Shown: in pieces, positions 62,896 through 64,000 of the stretch
How the letters are laid out: each line of letters starts with the position of its first letter
Numbering within the stretch: the stretch's first letter is position 1
Assembly (NCBI RefSeq): GCF_963921235.1
Contig: NC_086108.1
Coordinates: 44,208,001-44,272,000, forward strand
Source: Mobula hypostoma
Taxonomy: Eukaryota
Direction: 5' to 3'
Length of the DNA: 64,000 nucleotides
The notes under the pieces: generated by a model
Told to the model about the DNA's origin: nothing
The model's database searches: none
The model's input: the letters and a program-made list of their open reading frames with translations, nothing else
Position numbers and translations under genes: made by a program

Positions 62896-63334
62896 AATTT
62901 CAAGTGAGTACAGAGGACCACAGCACCTCAGTATACAATTTGGGGGAAAATTAAACGAAGAATCTGTCTTCATGTTATTATAGTGAGGAAGTATGTGGCG
63001 CAGAGAGCAGTGCAATTTCAGTTTCGGGGTGTTATGGAAAGCAACATTTCAGAAGAACAATGATACTATGAAATATACCAGCTATGAATTGCAGATAGTG
63101 GCGGAAATTCTTTTTTGACTTTTGATTACTTAGCTTGTAACCTACGATGAGACTATCATAGGATTTAATATTCTCTATTTGTTGAATCTGTAAATTCACT
63201 CGGTCTTTCCTCACAGCAAGTGATGCAATGTGATTGAACAAGTCAGTGAATTAACAGTGAATTCATGACATGCTTTTTTGCGGGATTTATGAATTTACTA
63301 CATGATACAGGTCAAAATCATTAATGGAGTTAGC

Positions 63335-63357
63335 AACACACATCAAAGTTGCTGGTG
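63335..63357 (-). mobile_element. 23-bp PLE terminal micro-insertion with 12-bp TSD
   Basis: aatggagttagc at 63323-63334 and 63358-63369 flanks aacacacatcaaagttgctggtg, the PLE tail end. Confidence 0.8.
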
Positions 63358-63654
63358 AATGGAGTTAGCTCATGGAATTGCTAAATAGGCTTGATGGTCT
63401 AAATGATGTGTCTGTGTCCCAGTTTTTATTTTCCCTTACATTTTCTACCTGTTTTCTATCATCAAGACAGTACTTGCTTCAGTCCCAAATCCTGAAATGC
63501 AGTGGACAACAAGGAGAGAGATTGTTTTAATTTCAAAAGTAGACTGTATACATATATTCAAAAAAATACTAAGGAAAAAATACTAAGGAAGAAATAGTGT
63601 AAAAACAAAACTTATACATTTATGGTCATTGCATTCAGTAGAGTAAATTTTTAA

Positions 63655-64000
63655 AGAGAAGAACACCAACATTGATACACCAGAGACTGTCCATCGTTCT
63701 TGCTGCCTCAGTAAGGCCGCCAGCATAATCAAACACTCCACTTACCATTCTCCATCTGACATTCTCTCTTCGCCACTCTCCCAACAGACAGAAGATACAA
63801 AAGCCTGGAAGCACATACTAACTGGCTTTAGGACAGCTTCAATGCCATTGTTATCAGACTCTTGGAACAGATCATTTGTATGTCAAGATGGGCTCTTGAC
63901 CTTTTAATCTACCTCATTATGATCGCGCATTTTATTGTTTACCTGCACTGCATCTTCTCTGCAGCTTTTACACTTTATTCTGTATTGTTACTGTTTTACC
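63655..64000 (+). mobile_element. Rex1/Babar-like LINE 3' fragment, degenerate
   Basis: aaggccgccagcataatcaaa...agaagatacaaaagcctg...ggacagcttc. Confidence 0.6.

Noticed and set aside
63032..63241. Possible upstream exon of the ACOT11-like gene (donor-like CGA|gtgaat near 63200)
   Set aside because: Weak donor, non-ATG ORF start and no recognisable homology.

Overview
Eukaryotic vertebrate genomic DNA, not prokaryotic. The repeat content (CR1-dominated, Neptune-type Penelope-like elements, an HE1/V-SINE-like element) points to a cartilaginous fish, probably a ray; this is inference. The window holds four GT-AG coding exons of a minus-strand hotdog-fold acyl-CoA thioesterase gene (ACOT11-like, ACOT12 not excluded) at 61670-61865, 20271-20340, 11663-11723 and 11136-11237, with one 41.3-kb intron. 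Most of the rest is nested transposable elements: the 5' part of a young L1, many CR1 LINEs, Rex1/Babar LINEs, an RTE LINE, Penelope-like elements (PLEs), a BEL/Pao element with three LTR segments, a Gypsy element, a solo LTR, a Harbinger derivative and a roughly 680-bp non-coding retroposon in three copies. Most interesting: (1) a minimal hammerhead-ribozyme motif repeated in about ten PLE tails, including 23-95 bp micro-insertions with target-site duplications; (2) a candidate HDV-like ribozyme at the 5' end of a short non-coding RTE-like element; (3) the YY1-headed non-autonomous retroposon; (4) a 257-bp nearly identical inverted templated copy; (5) candidate stop-containing cassette exons. 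Family assignments come from recognised motifs; no database search was run.
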